A stretch of 64,000 bases of DNA from positions 1,312,001 to 1,376,000 of the forward strand of contig OZ242214.1 of NCBI GenBank assembly GCA_965206595.1, in the 5' to 3' direction. Made by a program: the position numbers and the translations under genes. Shown piece after piece: positions 8,224-19,061 of this stretch (its first letter is position 1; every line of letters begins with the position of its first letter). The DNA comes from Candidatus Latescibacterota bacterium. GTDB lineage: Bacteria; Latescibacterota; UBA2968; UBA8231. Under the pieces are notes generated by a model. The model had not been told where the DNA came from and did no database searches. It saw only the letters and a list, made by a program, of their open reading frames with translations.

Positions 8224-10830
8224 TCAGCGGTTCAGCCGGGGGCGCAGCTGGTCGACGTAATAGGAGGCCGTCCACTCCCGCGGGTTGATGCGCAGCGCCC
8301 GGGCGTAGGCAGCCAGCGCCTCCCGTCGCTCCTTCCGGTAGCGCAGCACGTCCCCCCGGATGACCTCCTCCCTGGCCCTGAACCAGGTGTCGAGGGTATC
8401 GCCGCGGGCCGGGGTCCAGGCGGGGTCGGCCAGTTCGAGCCAGGGGATGAGGTCGACCGGGCGTTGCTCGGTCTCGCGGGCGAGATCGAGCAGCACCATC
8501 CAGGTGGCTGCCCCGAATCCGCGCGGGCCGACGAAACTCAGGTGGGGATGGTCGTCGGTGTTTAGCGGGCCTTCACCGACGTACCTGCGATACGCTTCGG
8601 ACCCGAAAAAGAAACAGCCGAGGACGGCGAAGGGGCGGTCGAGGTCGACTTCCTCCAGGCTTTTGCGCACCGGGGGCGAGGCGAATTTCTCCATGAGCCG
8701 GCTGTAGGAGATCGACAGGGGGTCGAGGGTACCCACCATGATCGCGTAGTTGTTGGTGCGCCAGAGGCTGGCGTGGGGGAACACGGACTGGAAGGTCCGC
8801 AGGACGGTCTTGAAGTCCCCGACCGGAAGTCCGTGAAACGGCAGCCACTGCACGACGATGCCGCCCGGTTTCAGGCGCGACCGGCACAGCTCGTAGAACT
8901 CCCGTGTGTACAGCAGCCAGCTGTCGGTGCTGGTGGGATGGGTCGCGTCCCCGGTGATGACGTCGTAGCGGCGCCCGGTCCGCAGCAGGAAGTTGCGGCC
9001 GTCGTCGATGATCAGCTCGATGGGATGGTCGTCGAGACGCCCCAGGATCTGGTGATTGTAGGGGCCGAACTCCTTCCGCGCCGCCTCCACGACTTCCGGT
9101 ACGAGCTCGACGCACTGGATGCGGTCGACGTCGTGCTGCGCCACCGCCCCGAGGGCGATGCCCCCGCCCAGGGCCACGACAAGGACGTCCCGGGGGTCGG
9201 GATGCAGCAGCATCGGCAGGTGTCCGAGCAGGCGGAAGAGCTGGAAGGAACCGTAATCGGTGGGGACCTGTGCGCCGTTGTTGAGCAGCATCTTGCGGTA
9301 GCCGTCCCGCTTGCCGGTAATGGTGATGATTCCCTCGGCCCCTTCCTCGTAGAACAGCAGGCTGAACCCGGATTGCGTGGGACGGGACAGCTCTCGCATC
9401 CCCTCCCCGGGAGAAGCGATGATCACCGCGGCCGCGGCGGCCCCGGCCAGGGCCAGGGTTCCCAGCTTCCGTCCGGACCGAAGCAGGGGGTTGGCGGCGA
9501 TGGCCGCGGTCCCGACCAGCAGGTTGAGGCCGCCGAGCAGACGGAAGGTGCCCTCGGTGCCGAAGAGCGGGATCAGCAGGAGGCCGGCGGCGAGGGAGCC
9601 GGCGAAAGCCCCCAGGCTGTTGGCGGCGTTGACGTCACCGACGCCGCGGCCGACCTGCCGAAGGCTCCGGGTGCAGATGCGGCTCACTACGGGAAAGGAG
9701 GCTCCCATCAGCAGGGTCGGCACCAGCATGATGCCGAAGGCCATGGCGAAGATGCCGCCGCGGTAGCTCCACCAGGAGCCCGCCCCCTGGATCGCACCGA
9801 CCCAGTCGGAGGCGGCGGCGAAGAGGGCGACCGAGGCCATCCCCATGAGGCCGACGGCGATCTGGAAGCCCCCGAACATCGACAGCAGGTCGCGGCGACT
9901 GTCGAGAAGGAGGCCGCAGAGGAAGCTGCCGAGGCTGAGGCCGAGCAGGAACGCCATCAGCACGATGCCGAACTCGTAGTGGGAGTTTGCGGAGAAGGCG
10001 ACGATGAACAGGCGCACCCAGGCGACCTCGTAGGCGAGGGCGGCGAACCCCTGGAGGGCGAAGCCGAGGAGAACGGCCTTCAGCGCCAGGGGGGACAGGG
10101 GGATGGTCCCAGGCTCTGACGGCCCCGCTTGCGGAGCCGGCTCCGGGGCCCGTTCCCGGCTGTCCCCTTCCTCCTCCTCCTCACGCGGGCTCCGGACGCC
10201 GCGGCCGATCCAGCAGGCCAGCGATGCCACGAGCAGGTTGACCATGCCGACGGCGTAGCCGCTGCCCCGCAGGCCGAGCTCCTCCATCAGGAAGAAGGTG
10301 ACGCCGGCGACTCCGGCGACGGCCCCGAGGGTGTTGGCGGCGTAAAGCAGGCCGACGCCGCTGCCGAGTTTCCGGAAGCGCCGCACCGAGGACCTCGAGA
10401 TCACCGGCAGCGTCGCCCCCATGGCCGCGGTCGGGATCAGCAGCAGCCCGAAGGCGAGGGCGAAGCGGGCCGCGGCGAAGGCCGACGGGTTGTGCTCCGT
10501 CCACTCGGCCTCGGCCAGCCATCCGGTCGTTGCCAGCAGGTGGGGGAACAGGAAGGCGAAGAGGCCGACCCCGGCCTCGAGGCAGGCGAACACGAGAAGG
10601 GGCCTCCGCACGCCGTCGATCCAGCGTCCGAAGCAGAAACTGCCCAGGGCCAGGCCGGCCATGAAGGCGCTCAGCACCGTGCTCACCGCCGGGAGGGTGG
10701 CGCCGAAGACGACGATCAGCATGCGCGCCCACAGCACCTGGTATACCAGTCCGCACGCCCCCGAGAGCAGGAAGAGGGCCGGCAGCCCCCATACAGGTGA
10801 GGAGCCGGTGCGGTTGTTTTCTGCGTCCAC
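8224..10830 (-). CDS. Fused MFS-like membrane domain / spermidine synthase-like SAM methyltransferase, TPR-like tail
   Basis: 'LFLLSGACGLVYQVLWAR', repeated 'LYAANTLGA'/'AANSLGA', 'VLVVALGGG', 'DDGRNFL..YDVITGD', 'LYTREFY', 'NTDDHPHL'. Confidence 0.9.
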   Translation of the reverse strand: MDAENNRTGSSPVWGLPALFLLSGACGLVYQVLWARMLIVVFGATLPAVSTVLSAFMAGLALGSFCFGRWIDGVRRPLLVFACLEAGVGLFAFLFPHLLATTGWLAEAEWTEHNPSAFAAARFALAFGLLLIPTAAMGATLPVISRSSVRRFRKLGSGVGLLYAANTLGAVAGVAGVTFFLMEELGLRGSGYAVGMVNLLVASLACWIGRGVRSPREEEEEGDSRERAPEPAPQAGPSEPGTIPLSPLALKAVLLGFALQGFAALAYEVAWVRLFIVAFSANSHYEFGIVLMAFLLGLSLGSFLCGLLLDSRRDLLSMFGGFQIAVGLMGMASVALFAAASDWVGAIQGAGSWWSYRGGIFAMAFGIMLVPTLLMGASFPVVSRICTRSLRQVGRGVGDVNAANSLGAFAGSLAAGLLLIPLFGTEGTFRLLGGLNLLVGTAAIAANPLLRSGRKLGTLALAGAAAAAVIIASPGEGMRELSRPTQSGFSLLFYEEGAEGIITITGKRDGYRKMLLNNGAQVPTDYGSFQLFRLLGHLPMLLHPDPRDVLVVALGGGIALGAVAQHDVDRIQCVELVPEVVEAARKEFGPYNHQILGRLDDHPIELIIDDGRNFLLRTGRRYDVITGDATHPTSTDSWLLYTREFYELCRSRLKPGGIVVQWLPFHGLPVGDFKTVLRTFQSVFPHASLWRTNNYAIMVGTLDPLSISYSRLMEKFASPPVRKSLEEVDLDRPFAVLGCFFFGSEAYRRYVGEGPLNTDDHPHLSFVGPRGFGAATWMVLLDLARETEQRPVDLIPWLELADPAWTPARGDTLDTWFRAREEVIRGDVLRYRKERREALAAYARALRINPREWTASYYVDQLRPRLNR

Positions 10831-11090
10831 GTGGATTCCGTCGTTGCGCCGGCGAAGGGGATCATCCCCTCGATATCATGCCCGCCGCGAAGGGCCTTCG
10901 GTCCACCCGGGGCAGGGCCGCTTCCCCCTGGCAACTCCCTGGACTGTTCCGGGGAGTTTCGCGGACGGCAGTTGAAAGCTCATTCAGCTAACATCCCTGG
11001 CGCAGCCAGGAGCTGCGGCCGATCTGCTCCGCCGGTGCCGCTTCCGAGCTGCCGCGCGAGCCGGTTTCGGAGCTGTGCCCGTCACCCGGT

Positions 11091-13010
11091 TCACCAGCGG
11101 ATGACGTCCCCGATCATGCCGGTGAAGTAGTCGACCACCATCCAGGCGCCGTGGCTGGTCACCTGCCCGAGGACCATGCCGAGGAACAGCGGCCTCAGCC
11201 TGCGGTAGAGGGGGGAGCCGCCGTAGCGCAGGATCAGGAGCTTGAGCAGCCAGGCGATGAACATGCTCGACCAGGCGAAGAACATCATGTAGGTGCCGCC
11301 CACCGGAAACCCGATCGGGTGCAGGGGCCACCACAGGAAGCGGTGCCGGAGCCAGGTCAGGGCGAGCATGGCCGCGGCGCCGGCCGCAGTGAAAGCGCCG
11401 CGCGGGCCGAAGAAATTCCAGTCGTCGACCGGCGTGGAGATCGCGGTGGCGACGTTGCGGAACGACCAGTCCCCCATGATGTGGTAGAACCAGTAATGCA
11501 GGTTGATGCCGCCGTACTCGTAGGCGATGGCGATGATGGTCCAGGCCGAGCTCGCCAGGCTCACGGCGATGGCGAGCATGATCGACCAGAACAGGACCGG
11601 GCCGCGAATCCCGGCGAGGTCGGCGAGCCGCGCGCCGTTGGCGACCGCGGCCATCAGGCTGATCTTGATGTCCCCTGCCCAGCCGTTGCACAACCCCAGC
11701 ACGGTCAGTCCCTGGGCGCCGATCGGCCCGTTGCCGAACGCCATGGCGGTGAACGCCGTCGGCGTCATCTGGGCGCGGCCGTACCCCATCCCCCCTTCGG
11801 CGACGATCTTGGTCAGCCCGAAGAAGACGACGAAGGAGATTCCCATCAGGAACACGGAGACGACCAGGGGCAGCCCCGCCTGGTTGAGGAACAGGACCGC
11901 GTACGCCGTCGCGGCCAGCAGAATCCAGACTGCGGTGCGGTGCCTGAGCAGCCCGTTCCCGTCTCCTTCGTCAGTCCGCGAGAAGGCGGCGCGAAACGCG
12001 GTTTTCAGGTGCCCTCTCGCCGTCCACAAGGCCACCGCGACGAGGGCGATCATTGCGCCCATCGCCTGCTGGGCGGAGGCGATCGACCCTTCGGTGTGCA
12101 TCAGGCGCAGCTCCGGCACCGAGTAGCCGAGGCGTCCGAACAGGGCGAGTTCGACGTAGTAGAACAGATAGAAGAACCACAGGCTGAAGGAAATCTCCAG
12201 GCTGAGGAAGTAGGTCAGGCCGATGACGATGAACCAGATGCTGAACAGCAGGTGGCGGACCTCGGGAAGGACCTCCACGGTCGTCGACAGGCTGATCCCG
12301 GACAGGCCGGTGGTGTAGCGGCTCAGGGCGTTGATGCCGAGCAGCACCATCGGAATGGAGAAGCCGATCCACATCGTCGAGTTTTTCAGGAACGGGTTGA
12401 TCCTCCCGCCGTCCTCCTGCACCATGTCGGCCGGCAGCTGCACGAGCGGGTAGACGAGGCGCTCGTGGTGGGCCCACTGCCGGTGCATGAGCGCCACCAT
12501 CGAGATCATCATCAGGTAGAGGGCCAGGACGAAGGAGCCCCAGGCGGCCAGGGGGACGAACCAGGCGTCCCAGGGAATCGGCTGCCCTTTTGGCAGCCCC
12601 TCGAAGAAGTAGAAGACGGCGAGGTCGTCCTGCGGTACCAGCCAGGATTTCAGGTGCGGGTGAATGAGCTCCGACCAGGCGTTCTCCGGCGTCGCGTAGT
12701 AGAAGACCTCGGCGAGAAAGGGGATCAGCTGCGCGGTCAGGCCGACCGTGGGAATGGCGGTGGCGACGATCATCATCGTGTAGACGAGGACGAGTTCCTG
12801 CGACGACAGGGCCCACTGGCGCCGCACCAGCACCAGCGGCGTGTTGTAGACCAGGATCAGGAGAAAGAGCAGCAGGATCGCCCCGCCCGAGATGAAGTCG
12901 CCGGTCCAGTTGAAGGTGCCCATGACGAGGACGCCGTACGACATGACGACGTTGATCACCAGGCACATCAGGGTGCCGATGAACAGGGCTTTGAGGGGAA
13001 ATCGTTTCAC
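11091..13010 (-). CDS. DUF6785/DUF6784-type polytopic membrane protein (putative transporter)
   Basis: 'ELVLVYTMM', 'YYATPENAW', 'IPWDAWFVPLAAW', 'RQWAHHERLVYPL', 'WWPLHPIG', 'LILRYGG...RPLFLGMVLG'. Confidence 0.8.
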   Translation of the reverse strand: MKRFPLKALFIGTLMCLVINVVMSYGVLVMGTFNWTGDFISGGAILLLFLLILVYNTPLVLVRRQWALSSQELVLVYTMMIVATAIPTVGLTAQLIPFLAEVFYYATPENAWSELIHPHLKSWLVPQDDLAVFYFFEGLPKGQPIPWDAWFVPLAAWGSFVLALYLMMISMVALMHRQWAHHERLVYPLVQLPADMVQEDGGRINPFLKNSTMWIGFSIPMVLLGINALSRYTTGLSGISLSTTVEVLPEVRHLLFSIWFIVIGLTYFLSLEISFSLWFFYLFYYVELALFGRLGYSVPELRLMHTEGSIASAQQAMGAMIALVAVALWTARGHLKTAFRAAFSRTDEGDGNGLLRHRTAVWILLAATAYAVLFLNQAGLPLVVSVFLMGISFVVFFGLTKIVAEGGMGYGRAQMTPTAFTAMAFGNGPIGAQGLTVLGLCNGWAGDIKISLMAAVANGARLADLAGIRGPVLFWSIMLAIAVSLASSAWTIIAIAYEYGGINLHYWFYHIMGDWSFRNVATAISTPVDDWNFFGPRGAFTAAGAAAMLALTWLRHRFLWWPLHPIGFPVGGTYMMFFAWSSMFIAWLLKLLILRYGGSPLYRRLRPLFLGMVLGQVTSHGAWMVVDYFTGMIGDVIRW

Positions 13011-13123
13011 CGCGGGCGGTCCGCCGGGGGGACGGGGGTTTGTGACGCAGGCGAGCGGGGAGTATGCTAGCCGGCCAACCGAAGAACGCCGGGGAAACTC
13101 GGCGACATGCGCGGGAAAGGAAA

Positions 13124-14026
13124 GTGGGTATCGCCAGGCGCGCGGTTCTCTACGGCGCTCCCATCCTGATCGGCCTCTACCTGCTGGCGCTGCTGGCCGC
13201 CCGGGTCCGCGGGCCGGTGCCGGCTCCCGGACATCCGTACTTCGCGGGCACCGGGTTTCTCGTCATCGCCCACCGCGGCGGAAGGGGGATGGGTCCGGAG
13301 AACACCCTGCCGCTGTTCCGGGAGGCGGCGGCGGCCGGGGCGGACGTCCTCGAGATGGACGTGCGCTTCAGCACCGACGGGGTGCTCGTCGTGCATCACG
13401 ACCGCACCGTCCGCCGTACCGCCGGGGGGGGCGGCCGCGTCGACTCGCTGACCGCGGCGCAGCTGTGGGAACTCGACGCCGGCTTCGCCTGGACCCGCGA
13501 CGGCAGGAGCTACCCGTTCCGCGGCAAGGGGTACCGGATCCCGCGGCTGGCGGAGGTGCTGCGCGCCTTTCCCGGTCAGCGCATGATGATCGAGCTCAAG
13601 CCGCGGCTGCGGCGCGCCGCCGAGGCCCTGTGCGGGGAGATCCGCGACGCCGGGATGCAGTACCGGGTGGCGGTCGCCGGCTTCGACGGAGACACGCTGG
13701 ACGCCTTCCGCGGCCTCTGCCCGGAGGTCGCCACTTCGGCCGGCGGCGGGGAGGTGATCGCCTGGAAGGCCCTGCACCTGCTCGGGCTGGGGAATCTCTA
13801 CGCTCCGGAGTTCGCGCTGTTTGCGGTGCCGGAGCGGATCGGGAGGTTGCGGCTCGTCGACCGCGGCTTCGCCTCAAGGGCCCGGGAGCGCAACCTGCCT
13901 GTGCAGGTCTGGACCGTGAATGAAACCGAAGATATGCAGCGGCTGATCGACCTCGGGGTGACCGGCATTCTGACCGACCGCCCGGTACGGCTGCTCGAGC
14001 TGCTGCGCGATAAAGGACTGAGATGA
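13124..14026 (+). CDS. Glycerophosphodiester phosphodiesterase
   Basis: 'IAHRGG...PENTL', 'LEMDVRFSTDGVLVVHHD', 'IELK', 'VWTVN', 'GILTDRP'; N-terminal TM anchor; GTG after AAGGA. Confidence 0.92.
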   Translation: MGIARRAVLYGAPILIGLYLLALLAARVRGPVPAPGHPYFAGTGFLVIAHRGGRGMGPENTLPLFREAAAAGADVLEMDVRFSTDGVLVVHHDRTVRRTAGGGGRVDSLTAAQLWELDAGFAWTRDGRSYPFRGKGYRIPRLAEVLRAFPGQRMMIELKPRLRRAAEALCGEIRDAGMQYRVAVAGFDGDTLDAFRGLCPEVATSAGGGEVIAWKALHLLGLGNLYAPEFALFAVPERIGRLRLVDRGFASRARERNLPVQVWTVNETEDMQRLIDLGVTGILTDRPVRLLELLRDKGLR

Positions 14027-14733
14027 AGGACGAAGTGCTGGTAGCGAACGGCCTGACCAAGACCTACCGGAGCGGCAACCGCTCCTCCCCCCTCACCGTG
14101 CTCAGCGACGTCAGCTTCTCGGTGCCGCGCGGCTCCACCTGCGCCGTGGTCGGCCCCTCGGGAAGCGGCAAGACCACCCTGCTCGGGCTGTGCGCCGGCC
14201 TCGACCGCGCCTCCTCGGGATCGGTGGTGCTCGACGGCATGGCCCTCGATGAACTCGACGAGGACCAGCGCGCCCGCCTGCGCAACGAGAAGGTGGGGTT
14301 CGTGTTCCAGACCTTTCAGCTGGTGCCGACCCTGACGGCGCTCGAGAACGTGTCGGTGCCGCTCGAGCTGCGGGGTGAAAAGGGAGTCGAAGCCCAGGCG
14401 CGCGAGCTGCTCGAGCGTGTCGGACTCGGCCACCGCACCGGCCATTACCCGGCGCAGCTCTCCGGCGGGGAGCAGCAGCGGGCCGGGCTGGCGCGCGCCT
14501 TCATCAACCGGCCGCGGATCCTGTTCGCCGACGAGCCGACCGGCAATCTCGATACCGAGACCGGCGGGGTCGTCGCCGACCTGATGTTCAACCTCAACGA
14601 GGAGGCGGGCACCGCGCTGGTGCTGGTGACCCACGACCTCGAGCTGGCCGGGAGGGCAGGACGGGTTATCCGCCTGCACGGCGGCCGTATCGCCGAGGAC
14701 TCCGGGCCCCCCGGCGGGACGGTGAGCGCCTGA
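14023..14733 (+). CDS. ybbA: ABC transporter ATP-binding protein, YbbA/LolD-like
   Basis: GPSGSGKT, 'GFVFQTFQL', LSGGEQQR, 'FADEPTGNLD'; ATGA-coupled to GDPD. Confidence 0.9.
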   Translation: MKDEVLVANGLTKTYRSGNRSSPLTVLSDVSFSVPRGSTCAVVGPSGSGKTTLLGLCAGLDRASSGSVVLDGMALDELDEDQRARLRNEKVGFVFQTFQLVPTLTALENVSVPLELRGEKGVEAQARELLERVGLGHRTGHYPAQLSGGEQQRAGLARAFINRPRILFADEPTGNLDTETGGVVADLMFNLNEEAGTALVLVTHDLELAGRAGRVIRLHGGRIAEDSGPPGGTVSA

Positions 14734-17264
14734 TGGACTGGGTTCTGCGCATGGCCTGGCGGGACAGCCGCGGCCGCCGCGGCCGGCTGCTCCTGCACAC
14801 CGCTTCCATCGCCGTGGGGATCGCCGCCCTGACCGGGCTGCGCGGGTTCTCGCGCACCATGGAGAGGAACGTCGACGAGCAGGCGGCCACTCTGATGGGG
14901 GCCGACGTCGAGATCGAGAGCCCCACCCCTTTCGAGGGGGAGCTGGGGGGTATCGTCGATTCGCTCGCCGCGCTCGGCGGCCGCAAAGCGGAGGAGGCGG
15001 AGATGAACTCGATGGTCCTGTTCCCGGCTTCCGGCGGCAGCCGGCTTGCCCGGGTGCGCGCCCTGCAGGGGGGATTCCCGTTCTACGGCGAGCTCGGCAC
15101 CGACCCTCCTGAAGCCGCGGCCGCCTGGCAGTCCGGGGGCATGGCCCTGGTCGACGACGGCATGATGCTGCAGTACGGCGTCGCCGTAGGCGACACCATC
15201 CGCGTCGGCCGCGAGAGCCTGGCGATCGCCGGCCGCCTGCTGAACCTGCCCGGGGAAACGGCCTTCCGCAGCGACCTGCAGCCGGTCGTCTTCATGCCGC
15301 TGAGCCGCATCGGGCAGACCGGGCTGATACAGCGGGGAAGCCGGGTGCGCTACCGCGCTCATTTCCAGCTGCCCGTAGGCACCGACGCCGCGGCCCTGTC
15401 CGCCTCCCTCGATGAGCGGCTCGAACGCTTCGACGCCGGCATCGAAACGGTGGAGGACCACAAGCGGCGCCTCGGGCGCACCCTGCGCAACCTCTACCGC
15501 TTCCTCGGCCTCGGCAGCTTCGTCGCCCTGCTGCTCGGGGCGGTCGGCGTCGCCAGCGCCATCCATGCCCACGTCGAGCAGAAGCTGGAGACCATCGCCG
15601 TTCTGCGCAGCCTCGGGGCCGCCTCCGGGGCCGCCCTGCGCATCTACCTCGTGCAGGCCTTCGCCATGGGGCTGATCGGCTCGCTGGCCGGGGCCGCGGC
15701 CGGCACCGCCCTGCTCTGGCGGCTGCCGGCCCTGCTCGCCGATTTCCTCCCGAAAGAGCTGGGAGAGCTGCAGGCGGCGCCGTCGCTGCCGGCCCTGGGC
15801 GAGGGCGTGGCCGCGGGTTCGGCCATCTCCCTGGTGTTCGCGGCCCTGCCGCTGCTCGCGGTGCGCCGGGTGTCGCCGCTGCTGGCGTTGCGCGCCTCGT
15901 ACGAGGCGGAGCCGGGCCGCAGCGACCGCCTCGCCCGCGCCCTGCTGCTGGGGCTGGCCGCCGGGGCCACCTTCCTGCTGGCATGGGCTCTCGCCGGGCG
16001 CCCGGACCACGCCCTCTACTTCGCCGGCGGAACCCTGGCGGCGCTGCTGCTGCTGGCGGCGACGGCGCGCCTCCTGCGCGGCGCCCTGCGCCGCTTCCTG
16101 CCCTCCTCCTGCGGCTACCTGCTGCGCCAGGGACTGGCAAATCTCTACCGCCCCCACAACCAGACCCTGCTGCTGCTGGCCAGTCTCGGCCTCGGCACCT
16201 TCCTCGTCGCCGCCCTCTACACGGCGCAGACCTCCATTCTCGGGCACGTCAACAGCGTCGCCGGCGGCCAGCGGCCGAACATGGTGCTGTTCGACATCCA
16301 GAGCGACCAGAAGGAAGCGGCCGCCGCCCTGGTGCGGGAGATGGGGATGCCGGTGATGCAGGAGGTCCCCGTGGTCGCCACGCGGCTGCGGGAGGTGAAG
16401 GGAAAAACAGTGGAGGAGCTTCTGAGGGACGGACCGCGCCGGGGGCGCTGGGCCCTGCGCCGCGAGTACCGCGTCACCTACCGCGATTCCACCACCGCAA
16501 CCGAGGAGATCGTCGCCGGGCAGTGGCGCGGGTCGGCCGCGGACACCGCCTTCATCTCTCTCGAGCGCAGGCTGGCGGAGGCGCTCGACGTCGCGATCGG
16601 GGACCGGCTCCTCTTCGACGTCCAGGGGGTCCCGGTCGAGGTCGTCGTCGGCAGCCTGCGGCAGGTCGAGTGGCAGCGCATCATGCCGAACTTCCTCGTC
16701 CTCTTTCCCGCCGGGGTCCTCGAGGAGGCGCCCCAGTTCCACGTTCTCGTCACCCGCTCCGGCGACGCCGAAACCCGCGCCGGGCTGCAGCGGCGGGCGG
16801 TCGGCGACTTTCCCAACGTATCGGTAATCGACCTCGACCTGGTCCTGATCACCGTCGACAAGGTGCTCGCCAAGGTCGCCGTGGTGGTGCGCTTCGTCGC
16901 CCTGTTCAGTATCGCCACCGGTCTCGCGGTGCTCGCCGCGGTGGTCACCGGCAGCCGTTTCCAGCGCCTGCGGGAAAGCGCCCTGCTGCGCACCCTGGGA
17001 GCCAGTCGCGGCCAGGTCGGGAAAATCCTGCTGATCGAGTACCTGCTCCTCGGCGGGCTCGCCGGGCTGGTCGGCTTGCTGCTGGCGATGGCCGGGGGCT
17101 GGGCCCTGGCGGCCTTCGTCTTCGAGGTCACCTTCGCGCCCTCCTGGCAGGCCCTGGGATTCGCCCTGATCGCCGTGCCGCTCTGCACCGTGCTCGCCGG
17201 CCTGCTCGGCAGCCGCGGCGTCCACCGGGCCCCGCCCCTCGAAGTGCTTCGGCAGGCAGACTGA
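14733..17264 (+). CDS. ybbP: ABC transporter permease, YbbP/FtsX-like
   Basis: 'MAWRDSR', 'FPFYGEL', two FtsX-type halves, 'PNMVLFDIQSDQ', 'SALLRTLGAS'. Confidence 0.88.
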   Translation: MDWVLRMAWRDSRGRRGRLLLHTASIAVGIAALTGLRGFSRTMERNVDEQAATLMGADVEIESPTPFEGELGGIVDSLAALGGRKAEEAEMNSMVLFPASGGSRLARVRALQGGFPFYGELGTDPPEAAAAWQSGGMALVDDGMMLQYGVAVGDTIRVGRESLAIAGRLLNLPGETAFRSDLQPVVFMPLSRIGQTGLIQRGSRVRYRAHFQLPVGTDAAALSASLDERLERFDAGIETVEDHKRRLGRTLRNLYRFLGLGSFVALLLGAVGVASAIHAHVEQKLETIAVLRSLGAASGAALRIYLVQAFAMGLIGSLAGAAAGTALLWRLPALLADFLPKELGELQAAPSLPALGEGVAAGSAISLVFAALPLLAVRRVSPLLALRASYEAEPGRSDRLARALLLGLAAGATFLLAWALAGRPDHALYFAGGTLAALLLLAATARLLRGALRRFLPSSCGYLLRQGLANLYRPHNQTLLLLASLGLGTFLVAALYTAQTSILGHVNSVAGGQRPNMVLFDIQSDQKEAAAALVREMGMPVMQEVPVVATRLREVKGKTVEELLRDGPRRGRWALRREYRVTYRDSTTATEEIVAGQWRGSAADTAFISLERRLAEALDVAIGDRLLFDVQGVPVEVVVGSLRQVEWQRIMPNFLVLFPAGVLEEAPQFHVLVTRSGDAETRAGLQRRAVGDFPNVSVIDLDLVLITVDKVLAKVAVVVRFVALFSIATGLAVLAAVVTGSRFQRLRESALLRTLGASRGQVGKILLIEYLLLGGLAGLVGLLLAMAGGWALAAFVFEVTFAPSWQALGFALIAVPLCTVLAGLLGSRGVHRAPPLEVLRQAD

Positions 17265-17314
17265 CCGACTTCGACCCTGAATTGGTGGTGCAAACGACCC
17301 ATGGCATGGGGGGA

Positions 17315-18076
17315 CTACCCGTTCGACTCTCCCGCCAGGCGGCGCAGCAGCGGTTCGAGCGAAGCCCACACCACCGCGGCGACGCGGGCGTGTCCGGCCG
17401 CGTTCGGATGGATGCCGTCGGCCGACATCAGCTCCGGGTCTCCGCCCACCCCTTCGAGCAGGAACGGGATCAGCAGGGCCCCGCTCTGCTGGGCGAGACG
17501 GGGAAAGAGGTCGCGGAAGCGGCCGGTGTAGTCCGGTCCGAGGTTGGGGGGAAGCTGCATGCCGGCGATCACCAACTCGACCCCGGGGTTGTTCTGCCGC
17601 GCCCGCGCGAGAATCGCGGCGAGGTTGCTCTCCGTCTGCTGCAGCGGCAGACCGCGCAGCCCGTCGTTGCCCCCCAGCTCGAGGACGAAGACATCGACCG
17701 GCCGCCGCAGGACCCAGTCGACACGGCGCAGCCCCGCGGCGCTGGTCTCGCCGTCGAGGCCGGCGTTGACGACGCGGAAGTTCCACCCCAGCGAGTCGAT
17801 GCGGCTCTGCACGAGGGCGGGGTAGGCCTGCTCCCTCCCGAGGCCGTACCCCGAGGTCAGGCTGTCGCCGAAGAAGAGGATGGTGCGCGCGCTGTCCGCG
17901 GAGGCCACTGCGGCGGTTGGGGTATCGGCAAGGCAGGGGAAAGCCGCGACCAGGGCGCAGAGGGCGAGGAGCCCGAGGGAGAGGAACCTCCGTGGCGCCC
18001 GCGTTCCGGGTCGGGCCTTACGGCCGCGGATTCCCGCGCTGGTTAGCCCAGGGGTTCTGATTCTGCTTGATCGCAC
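17315..18076 (-). CDS. tesA: Arylesterase / TesA-like SGNH hydrolase
   Basis: 'FFGDSLTSGYG', 'NAGLDGETS', 'LELGGNDGLRG', 'DGIHPN'; signal-like hydrophobic stretch; start codon uncertain. Confidence 0.88.
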   Translation of the reverse strand: MRSSRIRTPGLTSAGIRGRKARPGTRAPRRFLSLGLLALCALVAAFPCLADTPTAAVASADSARTILFFGDSLTSGYGLGREQAYPALVQSRIDSLGWNFRVVNAGLDGETSAAGLRRVDWVLRRPVDVFVLELGGNDGLRGLPLQQTESNLAAILARARQNNPGVELVIAGMQLPPNLGPDYTGRFRDLFPRLAQQSGALLIPFLLEGVGGDPELMSADGIHPNAAGHARVAAVVWASLEPLLRRLAGESNG

Positions 18077-18353
18077 TCGCCCGTCTCGATATCCGGGATG
18101 GCTGTGGTGCCGGCCTCCAAGGCCGGCGGATCGTCCGAGGGACGGCGCGTTTTCTTCCGCCCCGGGGACCGGTGAAGGTGATTGGTTATCATTGAAGGAA
18201 TGATATGGAGACGACGTTGGAGAACCCACCCCGTTCCTCGGGCAGGTCAATTGGACCTGATTCCGGCCAAAAATTCCGATGCGATCAAGCCGATGGGCCG
18301 GATTGATCGCAGGTCTCCGGGATTTCCATCAGAACTGAGTGTGGAGGAGAGAT

Positions 18354-18638
18354 GTGACTAGACCGACAGAAGCAGAGGCACGAGATGGCTACCGAATCTG
18401 GCTACGCTACTCAGACGGCGCCGCCGGAGAGCTGGACCTATCTCATCTTGCTGGACGGGGTGTATTCGAAGCCTGGAACGACCGCGCCTGCTTCGAGGCC
18501 GTCCACATAGGTCCTGCCGGAGGGATCGCCTGGGGACAGGAAATCGAACTGTGTCCCGATGCCCTGTATATGCAACTGACTGGCAAGTCCGTTGAAAAAG
18601 TGATGTTTGGGGCATGGGCTCTGCTGGAAGATGCCTGA
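18354..18638 (+). CDS. DUF2442 protein (DhiA-like antitoxin)
   Basis: 'GYRIWLRYSDG..GELDL', 'GVFEAW', 'IAW..EIELCPDALY'. Confidence 0.82.
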   Translation: MTRPTEAEARDGYRIWLRYSDGAAGELDLSHLAGRGVFEAWNDRACFEAVHIGPAGGIAWGQEIELCPDALYMQLTGKSVEKVMFGAWALLEDA

Positions 18639-18891
18639 AATCTCCCGATTCTATGGAATCGTTATTCGGATGTATTTCGATGACCATGCACCTCCTCATT
18701 TCCACGCGACGTATGGTGAAGAAGAGGCTGTGGTCGGAATCGATAGTTTGGCCGTATTGCATGGGCATCTTTCTCCAAGGGCGCTTGGGCTGGTGGCAGA
18801 GTGGGCTTCCATGCATCAAGAAGAGCTGCGAGAAGCCTGGAATCGCGCGAAGCAGCTCAAATCTCCAGGAAAGATTGCACCGTTGAATTGA
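18631..18891 (+). CDS. DUF4160 protein (DhiT-like toxin)
   Basis: 'MPEISRFYGIVIRMYFDDHAPPHFHATY', 'EWASMHQEELREAW', 'KIAPL'. Confidence 0.9.
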   Translation: MPEISRFYGIVIRMYFDDHAPPHFHATYGEEEAVVGIDSLAVLHGHLSPRALGLVAEWASMHQEELREAWNRAKQLKSPGKIAPLN

Positions 18892-19061
18892 GTCGGAGCT
18901 AAACGATAGACCATAACCTCACGAGCACCCATCCCGGGTCCATCATTCCGAGAAACCCGCCGGGGGTCGCAACCGCTGACCGGTTCGTCCAGGCGGCCAT
19001 CCACCCCTCTGCTGCCAAAGCCTCGACAAGCCAGGGAACCCGCGGCTGCGATGAAGTGCCG

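Noticed and set aside
14445-17786. Very long antisense/alternate-frame ORFs (also 665-2500, 11151-13070, 19935-22589, 32461-34473, 56054-57793)
   Set aside because: Shadow ORFs of GC-rich genes: Arg/Pro/Gly-rich, no motifs, overlapping well-supported genes
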